A stretch of DNA of 57,019 nt, from the NCBI GenBank assembly GCA_016936595.1, contig JAFGXO010000011.1:1-57019 (forward strand). The letters are read 5' to 3'. Below, piece after piece: positions 39,901 through 47,710 of this stretch (its first letter is position 1; every line of letters starts with the position of its first letter). The position numbers were made by a program, and so were the translations under genes. The DNA is from Bacteroidales bacterium (lineage in GTDB: Bacteria > Bacteroidota > Bacteroidia > Bacteroidales > JAFGUD01). The notes below the pieces were generated by a model. The model ran no database searches, was not told the origin of the DNA, and saw only the letters and a list, made by a program, of their open reading frames with translations.

Positions 39901-42900
39901 GTAAAGAGAGTATTTAATATCTAAAAATATACTTGGTTCGGTAAGAGATGAAAAATCGAATACCGGACTTTCAACCCAATAGTAGTACCATTTTGCATTA
40001 GTTGTTACTTCAGTGAACCAACAATCGCCTTCACCATCGGAGCCATTAAGATAAGGTAACGTTCCATGAATAAAATTTCTGCCTGTTTCTATGTCAGGTG
40101 GGAAATTTGGTGAATCTCCGCCTGCTTTCCAGTATCCTGTTCCGCTATTAAAATCTTCTATATATGGAAAAGAAGAAATTTTAGGATATTCCACAACAAT
40201 CGAAGAGCTCGTATTATCATTTGAATTGTTGGGATCGCCAACAAAAATTGTATATGCGTTTAGATTATAAGTTCCTACGGGTGTCATATCAAAACTTCCT
40301 GTTAAGGTAAAATCGGTATAACTTTGTGCCGGAACAGTAGGAACAATGCCAGTTAAAGTTGCTGTTGCAGCACCGGTTACATCACATTGTACCGGTACAT
40401 TAGTTGCGTCTGTACACGACCAATTATAAACTCTAACAGTTACAGTTTGATTATCAATAAAAGTACAACCTGCTAAATCGGGAGTAGGGTCAAGAATTTT
40501 AGTTACTCCAACATCTTGTGCATCAATTATTTTGAAGTTGTCAAAAGCAAATTGGTTATAACCTTCGTTAATGTAATATGTTAGAGCTCTGATTCTAAAT
40601 TGAACACAACTCTGACCAGCAAGCATACATAAATTATGTTGCATTTGCGTCCAATCTTCAATTGGGGCAGCATTATTGTTTGTCCACCAATTTGTACTGC
40701 CTGAATACCAGTTTGGGTCGGCAGATGTGCCGAGCTGAGTCCAATTTGTGCCTCCATTAGTTGAATATTCTACGTGAACATAATCGTAAGACGAATGATA
40801 TAATGAATATTTTACATCAAAATATAAAATAGGATTGGAAATAGTTGTAAAATCAAAAATAGGGCTTTCAACGTTGTAATAATCCCATTTTCCGTTTTGT
40901 TTAACTTCAGAATACCATGAATTTCCCTGACCTTGAGCTCCATTAAGGTATGGAGGCTCGCCATATCTGAAATATCTGTGGTTCGCATCGGGTCTTGACA
41001 CCCAACCTTGATTATCTGCATTAAAATCAGCTAAATAAGGGAATGTGTTTATAGGTGTGTTAATTCTTGTTTCTGTTAAATTATTATTAGAATTGTCGCC
41101 ATCAGTAGATAAATTAGTAGTAACAGAAATTGTGTGAGTTCCTGGAGCAGATAAATCGGCAGTGGTTGTAAAGTTGTATAAATAAGTGTCAAAACGGTTA
41201 ATTGGTCCTGGTACAATTTCATTAATAATTGCACCACCGTCAATTTGAATAGAAATTGGAATGTTGTACAAAGGGCGACATTTATTGTTGATAATAAGAA
41301 CTTGTACATTTTCGGAGTTGGAATATCCACTGCAATTACCACCATCAGCAAGAGTTATTTGAATTGGTTGAGCATCATCGCTTTCTCCTCCTGAAATTTC
41401 GAAATTATCAAATGCAAATTCATTATAACCGACATTTATGTAGTATGTTCGTGCTTTTATTCTGAATTTAACGCATGGTTCGCCCGATAGTTCGCATAAA
41501 TCGTGTTCAACGTGTGTCCAAGTATTCACCGGGGTCGTATTATTTGCAGTCCACCAATTAGTAGAGCCTTGATACCAATCGGGGTCGGCGTTTGTGCCGA
41601 GTTGCGTCCAATTTGAGCCTCCATCTAAAGAATATTCTACATGAACATAATTGTAAGAAGAGTGGTAAAGAGAGTATTTAATGTCCATTGAAAGAGTGGG
41701 ATTTGTGTTTTGAGAAAAATCAAAAACCGGACTTTCAACCCAATAATAATCCCATTTAGCATTTGTTGTAATTTCGGTGTACCAACAATCCCCTTCTCCT
41801 TCGGGTCCGTTAAGATATGGTAATGTTCCGTGAACAAATTTTCGCCCGTTGTTGTCGGGAGGATTATCTCCGCCTGCAGTCCAGTAACCATCACCTGAGT
41901 TAAAATCTTCGAGATATGGGAATGTGTTTATTTTAGGGAAATCGACAGAAATATCTACATTAACGGTATCGTTGTTGTGGTGAGTATCTCCAATAAGTTG
42001 AGAATAAGCTTCGAAATTATATAGTCCCATAGGCGTCATGTCAAAAGTGCCTGTGAAAGTGTAACTTGTAGAACTTTGAGCCGGAATTGTTGAAACAATG
42101 CCGTTTAGTGTTATTGATGGAGCATTTGGGTGTCCTGCCGGAAATGTAATAATGCATTCAACCGGAACGTCAGAAATATCACCACAACCGAAATTTTCCA
42201 CCTCAATTGTAATTGTTTGATTAGATGAATATAAACACCCTGATGCATTTGCATTGGGATCTAATAAAGCTGAAACGCCAACTTCGGGTTGGTCAGTAAT
42301 TTCAAAATTATCGAAAGCAAATTGATTGTATCCATCAGTTAGGTAGTAAGTTCTGGCATATATTCTAAATTTTACACAACTTTTTTCAGCCGGTGTAAGA
42401 GCAGCAATGTTGCACAAGCTATGTTGCATCGTAGTCCATTCATCAACGGGGTTTGTATTGTTTGCTGTCCACCAGTTTGTTGAACCGTTATACCAAAAAG
42501 GGTCGGCTGAAGTTCCGAGTTGTGTCCAAGTAGATCCTCCATTTGTTGAATATTCTACGTGAACATAATTATACGAAGAGTGGTAAAGCGAATATTTAAC
42601 ATCAAGAAATAAAGTAGGGTTTGAAACACCGTTTAAATTAAAAACCGGACTTTCAACCCAGTAATAGTCCCATTTTCCGTTTTGAGTTATTTCAGTATGC
42701 CAAGAATTTCCTTCACCTTGTGCTCCATTTAAATAAGGTAGTTCTTGAAGTCTAAAATATCTATGATTAACAGGAGTTCTTGAAACCCATCCTCCATTCC
42801 CGGAGTTAAAATCTTCGAGATAAGGATAAGTAGAAATAATCCCATTTATTCTTGTTTCGGTTAAAACATCGTTAGTATTGTTGTTGTCTGTTGGTAGATT

Positions 42901-44619
42901 TGTTGTTACAATTATAGTGTGGTTTCCTGCAGAACTTAAATCGGCTGTTGTGGTAAAATCGTACAAATAGGTGTCAAAACGAGGGATAGGTCCGGGCACA
43001 ATTTCGTTAATAATTGCACCACCGTCAATTTGAATAGAAATAGGCATATTGTAAATTGGACGGCAAGTGTTATTTTTCAATAAAACTTGCATTGGTTCAG
43101 TGTTATTAAAACTGCTACAAGTTTTTGAATGAGTTAAAGTTAAGGCAATAGGTTCAACATCATCAGCTTGAGTTTCAGAGATTTCAAAATTATCAAAGGC
43201 AAATTGATAATATCCATCATTTTGATAATAAGTTCTTCCTCTTATTCTAAATTTCACACAAGTTTCGCCCGAAAGATAGCATAAATCGTGCTGAACATGT
43301 GTCCATGTGTTTATGGGAGTAGAGTTATTTGCAGTCCACCAGTTTGTTGAGCCTTGATACCAATCAGGGTCTGCATTTGTTCCAAGTTGTGTCCAATTTG
43401 CACCATCATCTAAGGAATATTCAACATGAAAATAATCATAAGAAGAATGGTAAAGAGAATATTTTATATCCATTGATAATGTTGGGCTAGTGTTTTCGGA
43501 AAAGTCAAAAACCGGACTTTCTACCCAATAATAATCCCATTTGCCATTGTAGTATCTTTTAACTTCCGAAAACCAAGAGTTTCCTTGTCCGTCCGGACCG
43601 TTTAAGTATGGTAAATTACCCCACGAAAATTGTCGTCCGTTGTGAGTTGGAATTGCATTATTAGGTTGAGTAGGATTATCGCCGTATTCAAACCAGCCAT
43701 CACGTGAAGAATTAAAGTTGGCAAGATAAGGGTAAGTTTGAACATATTGTCTTCGTCCAACTTTAAAATTGTTGTTTGCCATGTATCCGTCGCCGGCAAG
43801 AGTTGCGGTAATATCAAAATGATAAATATCATCAGCCGACATATCAAGATTTGCAACAAATACATCAACAAAGCCATCAGCAGGAATGTTGATTCCCGAA
43901 CCGCTCCAAGAACCTGTTTGTCCGCCGGAAACATTTACTGTCCAACTAACATTTGTAACATCTTCGTTACTGTAATTAAAAAGCCTAATTGTAACATTTT
44001 CTGCATTAGAATAGGTTTGTCCGCAATTTAAATAAGCCGGACTAACAAGTTTAGGAACACCTACATCGTTTCCACTATAAACAACAATATCGTCAATGTA
44101 CCAATATTTTCCAACAGCACCGCTTTCATAGTATCTAAATCTAATCTTAACATCAGTTTGATTTGCAGCTATTGCCGAAATATCAACAATAGTTTTATTA
44201 GGAGTAGTTAGGCTTCCTACTGTAGTACCACTGTTATCTAAAAAAATTGTCCATGTAGTTCCGCCGTTTGTAGATACTTCAAAATATCCGTGTGTATTTT
44301 CAACAGCGTGCCAAAATTCGTAAAAACTAACTTTCACAGAAGTCATTCCAGAACAATCAAAAGAATTTGTTTGAATATAGGCTTCGTTAGGAGTAGTTCC
44401 GGCACCAAGGCTTTCGTCGTCAAAAACGGCATAAAACCCTCCGCTTGGGCTCGAAAATCCGGGATTATCTTTTATAACCCAGTTATATGAGCCTTGAAAT
44501 TTGTTTATTGTCCAACCCGTAGGAGTGGTACTTGAACTAAAAGTTTCTTTAAGAACAATATCTGCATTTGAAATGGATATATTGAAAACTAAAAAATAAA
44601 AAAGGATAATTTTTTTCAT
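33934..44619 (-). CDS. Giant T9SS-secreted multidomain adhesin/lectin-like protein (3561 aa)
   Basis: Signal peptide; N-terminal MAM-like domain; six (MAM/cleaved-adhesin-like plus CARDB-like) repeats; LamG; F5/8 type C; parallel beta-helix region; GWNLIGNPYPS region; CTD IFDITGK...QGIYNV...TKKFIL. Confidence 0.9.
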   Translation of the reverse strand: MKKIILFYFLVFNISISNADIVLKETFSSSTTPTGWTINKFQGSYNWVIKDNPGFSSPSGGFYAVFDDESLGAGTTPNEAYIQTNSFDCSGMTSVKVSFYEFWHAVENTHGYFEVSTNGGTTWTIFLDNSGTTVGSLTTPNKTIVDISAIAANQTDVKIRFRYYESGAVGKYWYIDDIVVYSGNDVGVPKLVSPAYLNCGQTYSNAENVTIRLFNYSNEDVTNVSWTVNVSGGQTGSWSGSGINIPADGFVDVFVANLDMSADDIYHFDITATLAGDGYMANNNFKVGRRQYVQTYPYLANFNSSRDGWFEYGDNPTQPNNAIPTHNGRQFSWGNLPYLNGPDGQGNSWFSEVKRYYNGKWDYYWVESPVFDFSENTSPTLSMDIKYSLYHSSYDYFHVEYSLDDGANWTQLGTNADPDWYQGSTNWWTANNSTPINTWTHVQHDLCYLSGETCVKFRIRGRTYYQNDGYYQFAFDNFEISETQADDVEPIALTLTHSKTCSSFNNTEPMQVLLKNNTCRPIYNMPISIQIDGGAIINEIVPGPIPRFDTYLYDFTTTADLSSAGNHTIIVTTNLPTDNNNTNDVLTETRINGIISTYPYLEDFNSGNGGWVSRTPVNHRYFRLQELPYLNGAQGEGNSWHTEITQNGKWDYYWVESPVFNLNGVSNPTLFLDVKYSLYHSSYNYVHVEYSTNGGSTWTQLGTSADPFWYNGSTNWWTANNTNPVDEWTTMQHSLCNIAALTPAEKSCVKFRIYARTYYLTDGYNQFAFDNFEITDQPEVGVSALLDPNANASGCLYSSNQTITIEVENFGCGDISDVPVECIITFPAGHPNAPSITLNGIVSTIPAQSSTSYTFTGTFDMTPMGLYNFEAYSQLIGDTHHNNDTVNVDISVDFPKINTFPYLEDFNSGDGYWTAGGDNPPDNNGRKFVHGTLPYLNGPEGEGDCWYTEITTNAKWDYYWVESPVFDFSQNTNPTLSMDIKYSLYHSSYNYVHVEYSLDGGSNWTQLGTNADPDWYQGSTNWWTANNTTPVNTWTHVEHDLCELSGEPCVKFRIKARTYYINVGYNEFAFDNFEISGGESDDAQPIQITLADGGNCSGYSNSENVQVLIINNKCRPLYNIPISIQIDGGAIINEIVPGPINRFDTYLYNFTTTADLSAPGTHTISVTTNLSTDGDNSNNNLTETRINTPINTFPYLADFNADNQGWVSRPDANHRYFRYGEPPYLNGAQGQGNSWYSEVKQNGKWDYYNVESPIFDFTTISNPILYFDVKYSLYHSSYDYVHVEYSTNGGTNWTQLGTSADPNWYSGSTNWWTNNNAAPIEDWTQMQHNLCMLAGQSCVQFRIRALTYYINEGYNQFAFDNFKIIDAQDVGVTKILDPTPDLAGCTFIDNQTVTVRVYNWSCTDATNVPVQCDVTGAATATLTGIVPTVPAQSYTDFTLTGSFDMTPVGTYNLNAYTIFVGDPNNSNDNTSSSIVVEYPKISSFPYIEDFNSGTGYWKAGGDSPNFPPDIETGRNFIHGTLPYLNGSDGEGDCWFTEVTTNAKWYYYWVESPVFDFSSLTEPSIFLDIKYSLYHSSYNYVNLEYSLDGGDTWIQLGTSADYNWYSGSTNWWTANNTNPLIEWTKMQHDVCFLAGEDCVKFRVKARTYYINEGYNQFAFDNFWIYDQITDAAVTEYVTPTEDQEHCTFIENQPVTVTVYNPFCSDLTSVPITCEITGAITQTLIGNVDIPAKTYVNYTFATNIDMRTLGTYYLKTFSSLLTDFNNQNDTIYQSITVNDTLISTFPYFENFNNPTTSKYWTSSGDNPPDNNGRKFVLGQFDYLEGNENNGQSWFTEVTTNGKWDYYWVESPVFDFTGLENPILSMDVKYHLYHTSYDYFHVEYSTNGGVSWLQLGTNSDPNWYSGSTNWWTNNLGNPVDEWTYVEHTLCNLKDETCVKFRIIGRTYYNNPYYYYFAFDNFTISDARIDAEITNLTGCYGQEYNLEVEIANRNNFCQLFDPCGFDGQTSLKFDGSNDMVTIGTLPAFTNFTVEYYVKHNGTDGTYDRITSVAGDRFETTKETNGQLRFYTPATGWRTTAVYLPVGEWTHVAWVSDGSSIKLYVNGENVYNYTANITIPSAEWNFGGKNNNTYSSNINLDEVKIWDIALSEAEIRNGICGSLTGTEPNLVAYYQMEENTGSYSVSDITGNGYNGSLTNMDVNSCWEVSDLAINNGGVATEPDILTSINISYIIDGGATVTNNYAVNIPAGSSDIVTISPITIPNGLDMSNNLAASGIASASSSYAGNSAAAAFDNNITTTGWANNNSLPSWLQVDLGAGNEQAVNAYRVYCSSTQTPGSWNNEQYNPGTWQFQGSNDGSSWTTLDSKVYGNILMNEWKVFTFDNTIPFRYFRINITNAEGSTNYIRITELQMFNVNPPTSELTVWIDSPNGEQDQITINDTIYADVANFPTCNDHCDAAIEIVDAVTNATSNSNATWDPLEDPNFSTTGCSGVTLENTAWYYFTTNCRGGEVSVTFQNIVCSPGGTGIQIAITRLDAEPACDPANHTEVFCAYPGDESDIVWNPLDLYPDTQYYITIDGVSGNTCDFQILLEGNVAFNPIVAMSGDFTIEPSEVNYPSIQAAVDSLEMYGVSGPVHFDVADVPFNEQIQIGTICGVSDVNTITFETWCDDCGQAILEHDADATNNYTLRLYRTSYITFKNFSFNALGNTNGRVIEIAENNHYINFENCTFNGVQTSDNSDNYALIYEFETLTNSSDFNFYNCVFNNGSYGLNLFGKNATQNISGLSLSHNAFNNQSFSGIFLTNVNTPVIINNSIVSISNRTDYRGISLTTCNNESIISQNNVVALQANGYGLFLDNVLGTAGNKALVINNMFSIGNGSGTSYGINIENATGNSGYIDIFFNSSNVLSTNGAGININTADFLSIKNNNFVSASANSFNAAVLTNSTENYNNFMPDFTGKGANSITINPMYLSVDNLHTENAGLQAGDNTTGISTDFDGETRQYPPYIGADEYLGSVIWTGNTNTDWNTVTNWQPNTYISNATNVIIPTTPVGGNFPETNSNIDNLAETKNLTIQTGSHLYIAPNKYLTVWGIMNQNGTFIIQSDATGTGSFINKSTVNYGIETTTVQRYISPLMWHYVSSPITSASVNLFHPNNFYFYDETIEDSWNMQNFSGGLMGWIFPASGSNMNIMQGYITYQNQATVEFTGELNTGEITYNLSYTDNTATHGNSIFDGWNLIGNPYPSTLNWYDNNNITKTNIDGAIYFYIDDGSGAYNNYSYFLPESYTNPYPSVVLNRVSGCIPLSQSFFVKANSPGASITVNNSARIHNDVPFYKSNFEEPNQLRLTAYNNQYTDETILRFIPEATENYDGQLDAIKLVGYSVNVPYLFSLSDDSINLSINSLPEIDTNSILNLGFKTGTAGQFSITMNDFILPDSITPYLIDLQNNTETDLTKNNTYDFYSNIGTYRNRFKIIFKHQTNSNNNTNVINSNILIYSNKMNLFVNFIDIPEPNTTITIFDITGKKIKDINPKNKNNVYELNYLAQGIYNVIIIQNQKIFTKKFILFKN
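38735..43748 (-). repeat. Six intragenic repeats with a period of about 870-920 bp
   Basis: ACCGGACTTTC(A/T)ACCCA (WVESPV) recurs near 43510, 42644, 41726, 39962 and 39071, with a variant near 40860. Confidence 0.9.
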
Positions 44620-44637
44620 GACTCATATTTTGTTCTA

Positions 44638-44699
44638 CAAATATAAGTTAAATGAAGGCATGTAATAAGACTAATATGTCTTGATTTGTAAATTTGGAC
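44638..44699 (-). promoter_or_regulatory. -7 box plus 22-bp operator-like motif upstream of the giant adhesin gene
   Basis: Minus-strand TATATTTG (44638-44645); pseudo-palindrome GTCTTGATTTGTAAATTTGGAC (44678-44699), 32-bp gap. Confidence 0.65.
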
Positions 44700-44711
44700 T
44701 AAAAAATGTGG

Positions 44712-46604
44712 TTATCTAAAGGATTCCATTTCTTTTTTGAAAAAAGCAGGAGTTACTCCGGTGTTTTTTTTGAATACGGAGTAGAAAGATGATCTGCTTT
44801 TAAATCCAACTAAGTCGGCAATAGCGTCTAGGGTTAAGTTTTTGTGTTTTGGAGAAATGAGCAGTTTTTGAGCTTCGTCAATTCTAAAGTCGTTAATGTA
44901 TGTATTGAAATTTTTATTGTATTCGTAATTTATAAATTTGGACAAATAAAGTTTGTTTGTATTAAGTATTTTGCTCATTTTATCTAAAGTAATGTCCGGG
45001 TCTAAAAATATTTTTTCTTGAATAAGTTTTTCAACGCCTGTTTTTAAAATTTCAAGTTGTTCCGGTTTTAGCCCAATATCTTCTGCTTGTTTTTCGTAAT
45101 TTTTATCAATAATTTCTTTTTTAATTTCAAATTCTTCTTTTATATCATTTTTGTGTTTTTTTTCCACGATTTGAATGTTTTTTTCCACAAGCATTTTGTA
45201 CGATTTATTTAATTTGCGATAAAAAACTGCTGCAATTGTTACAAGTAAAACAAACACAGAAAAAGCTATTTCAAAAAACAGCAGTAATTTTTTTTGGCGT
45301 TGAATTTCGAGTTGGTTTAGTTGGAGTTTTTTGTCTTTTTTTTCAGTTTCATAATTCAGTTTTAACTGATTTATTTTAAGACTATTTTCGATATTGTACA
45401 GGCTGTCTTTTAAACTTGTATATTTTATATGAAAAGAATATGCTTTATTGTAATCTTTTTCAGCAAAAAATAAATCGGAAAGTGCTAAATAGTTTTCTTT
45501 TTCTAATTCTTTATACCCGGTTTTTTTAGCAAATTCTATGCTTTTATAAAAACTATCTTTAGCTTTTGTAATATCTTTAATACTAATGTATAACTTACCG
45601 AAAAGATGGTATGTTGCTGATAAATAAGTTATTAGTTGATATTGTTCAAATATTTCTTTTGCTTGATTTAATAAATCGGAAGCTTCTATGAGGTTGTTTT
45701 GTTTTATAAAAATTTCGGCAATATTTGTTTGGGCTACAGCATACATAATTTCATCATTTAAATCATATGATAATTTTGAGGATTTTTTAAAATAATACAG
45801 AGCTGAGTCTAAATTTTCTAAGTTTGTATAGATGTTACCAATATTGTTATAAACTGTAGCTAATCCTTTATGATTATTTAAATTTTGATATATTTTTCTT
45901 GCTTGATTGTAATATAAAAGTGAGTTGTAAAAGTCTCCGTCTGTTGCATACGTCATTGCAATGTTATTTTTTGAAGATGCTTGAGCTTCGGCGTAATTCA
46001 TGCTTTCTGCTAATTTAAGTTCAATTAAAAAATAATCAATAGCTTTTGCATAATTGGATTTCATGTAGTAGGTCATACCTAATCGTTCATAAGATCCAAT
46101 TATTGATACTGTGTCGTCTAATTTTATATAAATATTCAATGCTTTATTGAATAAACTCTCGGCAAGTTCGTAGTTTTCAGTAAAATAATGAAGCCTTCCT
46201 TTCATAAAACAAATTCTTCCTTCTATTTTTGGAGAATTTGTTTTTCTTATTTCATAGTATGCCGAATCTAAATATAGAAGAGCTGTATCAATTTTATTTT
46301 CTGTTTCAAATGTTGATGAAATTATGATGTAAAAACTACTTGATTTTTCGCTAATGTTGTTTTTTTTTGATAACTTTAATCCTTTATTTGCGTAAGTTCT
46401 TGCAAGTTTAAGGTTTTTTTCAGAGTAATAATTAGATATTTTTGCGTAAAGTTCTATTTTTTCAGGAGTATCTGCGATATTTAACAAATTTATTAAGCTG
46501 TCAACGTTTTCACTAAATGATAATTTTGAAAATCCAATGATTATTAATAAAATTATAAAAAATTTATATTTTAAAAAAGATATGTTTTTTGAAATATTTA
46601 TCAT
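44712..46604 (-). CDS. Membrane-spanning TPR-repeat sensor with C-terminal AraC HTH
   Basis: N-terminal signal/TM, multiple TPRs (YNNIGNIY, NNIAMTY), TM LLLFFEIAFSVFVLLVTIAAVFY, AraC motifs FLDPDITL...YLSKFIN...FNTYINDFRI...VGFKSRSSFYSVFKKNTGVTP. Confidence 0.92.
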   Translation of the reverse strand: MINISKNISFLKYKFFIILLIIIGFSKLSFSENVDSLINLLNIADTPEKIELYAKISNYYSEKNLKLARTYANKGLKLSKKNNISEKSSSFYIIISSTFETENKIDTALLYLDSAYYEIRKTNSPKIEGRICFMKGRLHYFTENYELAESLFNKALNIYIKLDDTVSIIGSYERLGMTYYMKSNYAKAIDYFLIELKLAESMNYAEAQASSKNNIAMTYATDGDFYNSLLYYNQARKIYQNLNNHKGLATVYNNIGNIYTNLENLDSALYYFKKSSKLSYDLNDEIMYAVAQTNIAEIFIKQNNLIEASDLLNQAKEIFEQYQLITYLSATYHLFGKLYISIKDITKAKDSFYKSIEFAKKTGYKELEKENYLALSDLFFAEKDYNKAYSFHIKYTSLKDSLYNIENSLKINQLKLNYETEKKDKKLQLNQLEIQRQKKLLLFFEIAFSVFVLLVTIAAVFYRKLNKSYKMLVEKNIQIVEKKHKNDIKEEFEIKKEIIDKNYEKQAEDIGLKPEQLEILKTGVEKLIQEKIFLDPDITLDKMSKILNTNKLYLSKFINYEYNKNFNTYINDFRIDEAQKLLISPKHKNLTLDAIADLVGFKSRSSFYSVFKKNTGVTPAFFKKEMESFR

Positions 46605-46758
46605 AAAGTAATAGTGGATTAGGCTGTTTTCTGTGGCTAAGTTTGCTCTTTTTTATTTAACAAAAATAAAAAAAAAGGCATCAATAAAATAAAAAAAAGA
46701 ATTTTTGTTAAATTTGTTTTTTAATCGAGTATAATGCTTTTTGCAAATTTAGACAAAT

Positions 46759-47178
46759 ATGTTGAAATATATCATTTTAATTTTTATAGTATTTTCTGCT
46801 TTTTTAGCTGAATCTCAGACTGATACAATATCATATATTAAAACAATTAATGGTTATCAATTTGTGTATCAAGATCAAGAGTTGTCCCTTTTTAAGTTGA
46901 GTAAAATTGTTAAAACTTGCCAAGACGCAAAAAAAGAGATGAATAAAGCCGAATTTATTTGGCTTAGTTCATATCTTTTTAGTTACACGGGGGGGTACAT
47001 TGTTGGTTATATTTTAGGCGGAGCTTTATTTGGTGCTGACATCAATTATGAGCTTTTGGCAATTGGAGGAGGGCTTGTACTTGTTTCAATTCCTTTAAAT
47101 TTGGCAATTTCAAAGCATACCTTACTTGCAGTGCAAATTTTTAATAAAAATTCTAATTACACCCATTTTTATGATTAA
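46759..47178 (+). CDS. Hypothetical exported/membrane protein
   Basis: Signal peptide plus Gly-rich hydrophobic hairpin. Confidence 0.65.
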   Translation: MLKYIILIFIVFSAFLAESQTDTISYIKTINGYQFVYQDQELSLFKLSKIVKTCQDAKKEMNKAEFIWLSSYLFSYTGGYIVGYILGGALFGADINYELLAIGGGLVLVSIPLNLAISKHTLLAVQIFNKNSNYTHFYD

Positions 47179-47193
47179 TTTATAATTTAAAGT

Positions 47194-47703
47194 ATGAAAT
47201 ATTTTATTGTTTTGATTTTTTCTTTTTTATTAGCTTGTCAAAAAGACACCTGCAACGAAAGTTTAGGTTCCACTTTTATGAATGTTCAGCTGGATAGTTT
47301 AAAAATTGATATAAATAATGATGTAGATATCAAGCTTAAATTAAGCACTTTAGATGCTTTACCTTTAAATTATTTTACCGATTTTAATTTAATTTTATCT
47401 GATAATAATCCGCAGGGCTACTGGTGGCATAATGCTGCTCCTGCTATTGATACGATTTTTGTGAATAATGAAAAAATTCAATTCACAATATTAAATGATT
47501 CTTTACCGATAATTGGAACATCATTAAAATATGATTTTCATTTAGTATTTCCTGATCGAAGAAATTATATTTCGTGCGAACATTTAGGTTCTTCAGATTG
47601 TTATTATTTGGATTTTAGCTTTGTTTTAAAAAAAGTTGACACCTTAAATTATCAAATATCCGACTTTTATTGGGACGAAACACTTAATAAAGGTGGTTTT
47701 TGA
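47194..47703 (+). CDS. Hypothetical lipoprotein
   Basis: Lipobox LLAC followed by QKD; no family recognised. Confidence 0.65.
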   Translation: MKYFIVLIFSFLLACQKDTCNESLGSTFMNVQLDSLKIDINNDVDIKLKLSTLDALPLNYFTDFNLILSDNNPQGYWWHNAAPAIDTIFVNNEKIQFTILNDSLPIIGTSLKYDFHLVFPDRRNYISCEHLGSSDCYYLDFSFVLKKVDTLNYQISDFYWDETLNKGGF

Positions 47704-47710
47704 TTTTATA

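Noticed and set aside
38735-43748. Adhesin repeats as a diversity-generating retroelement TR/VR pair or a shufflon
   Set aside because: Differences are not adenine-specific, all copies are in frame within one ORF, and no reverse transcriptase or invertase is in the window
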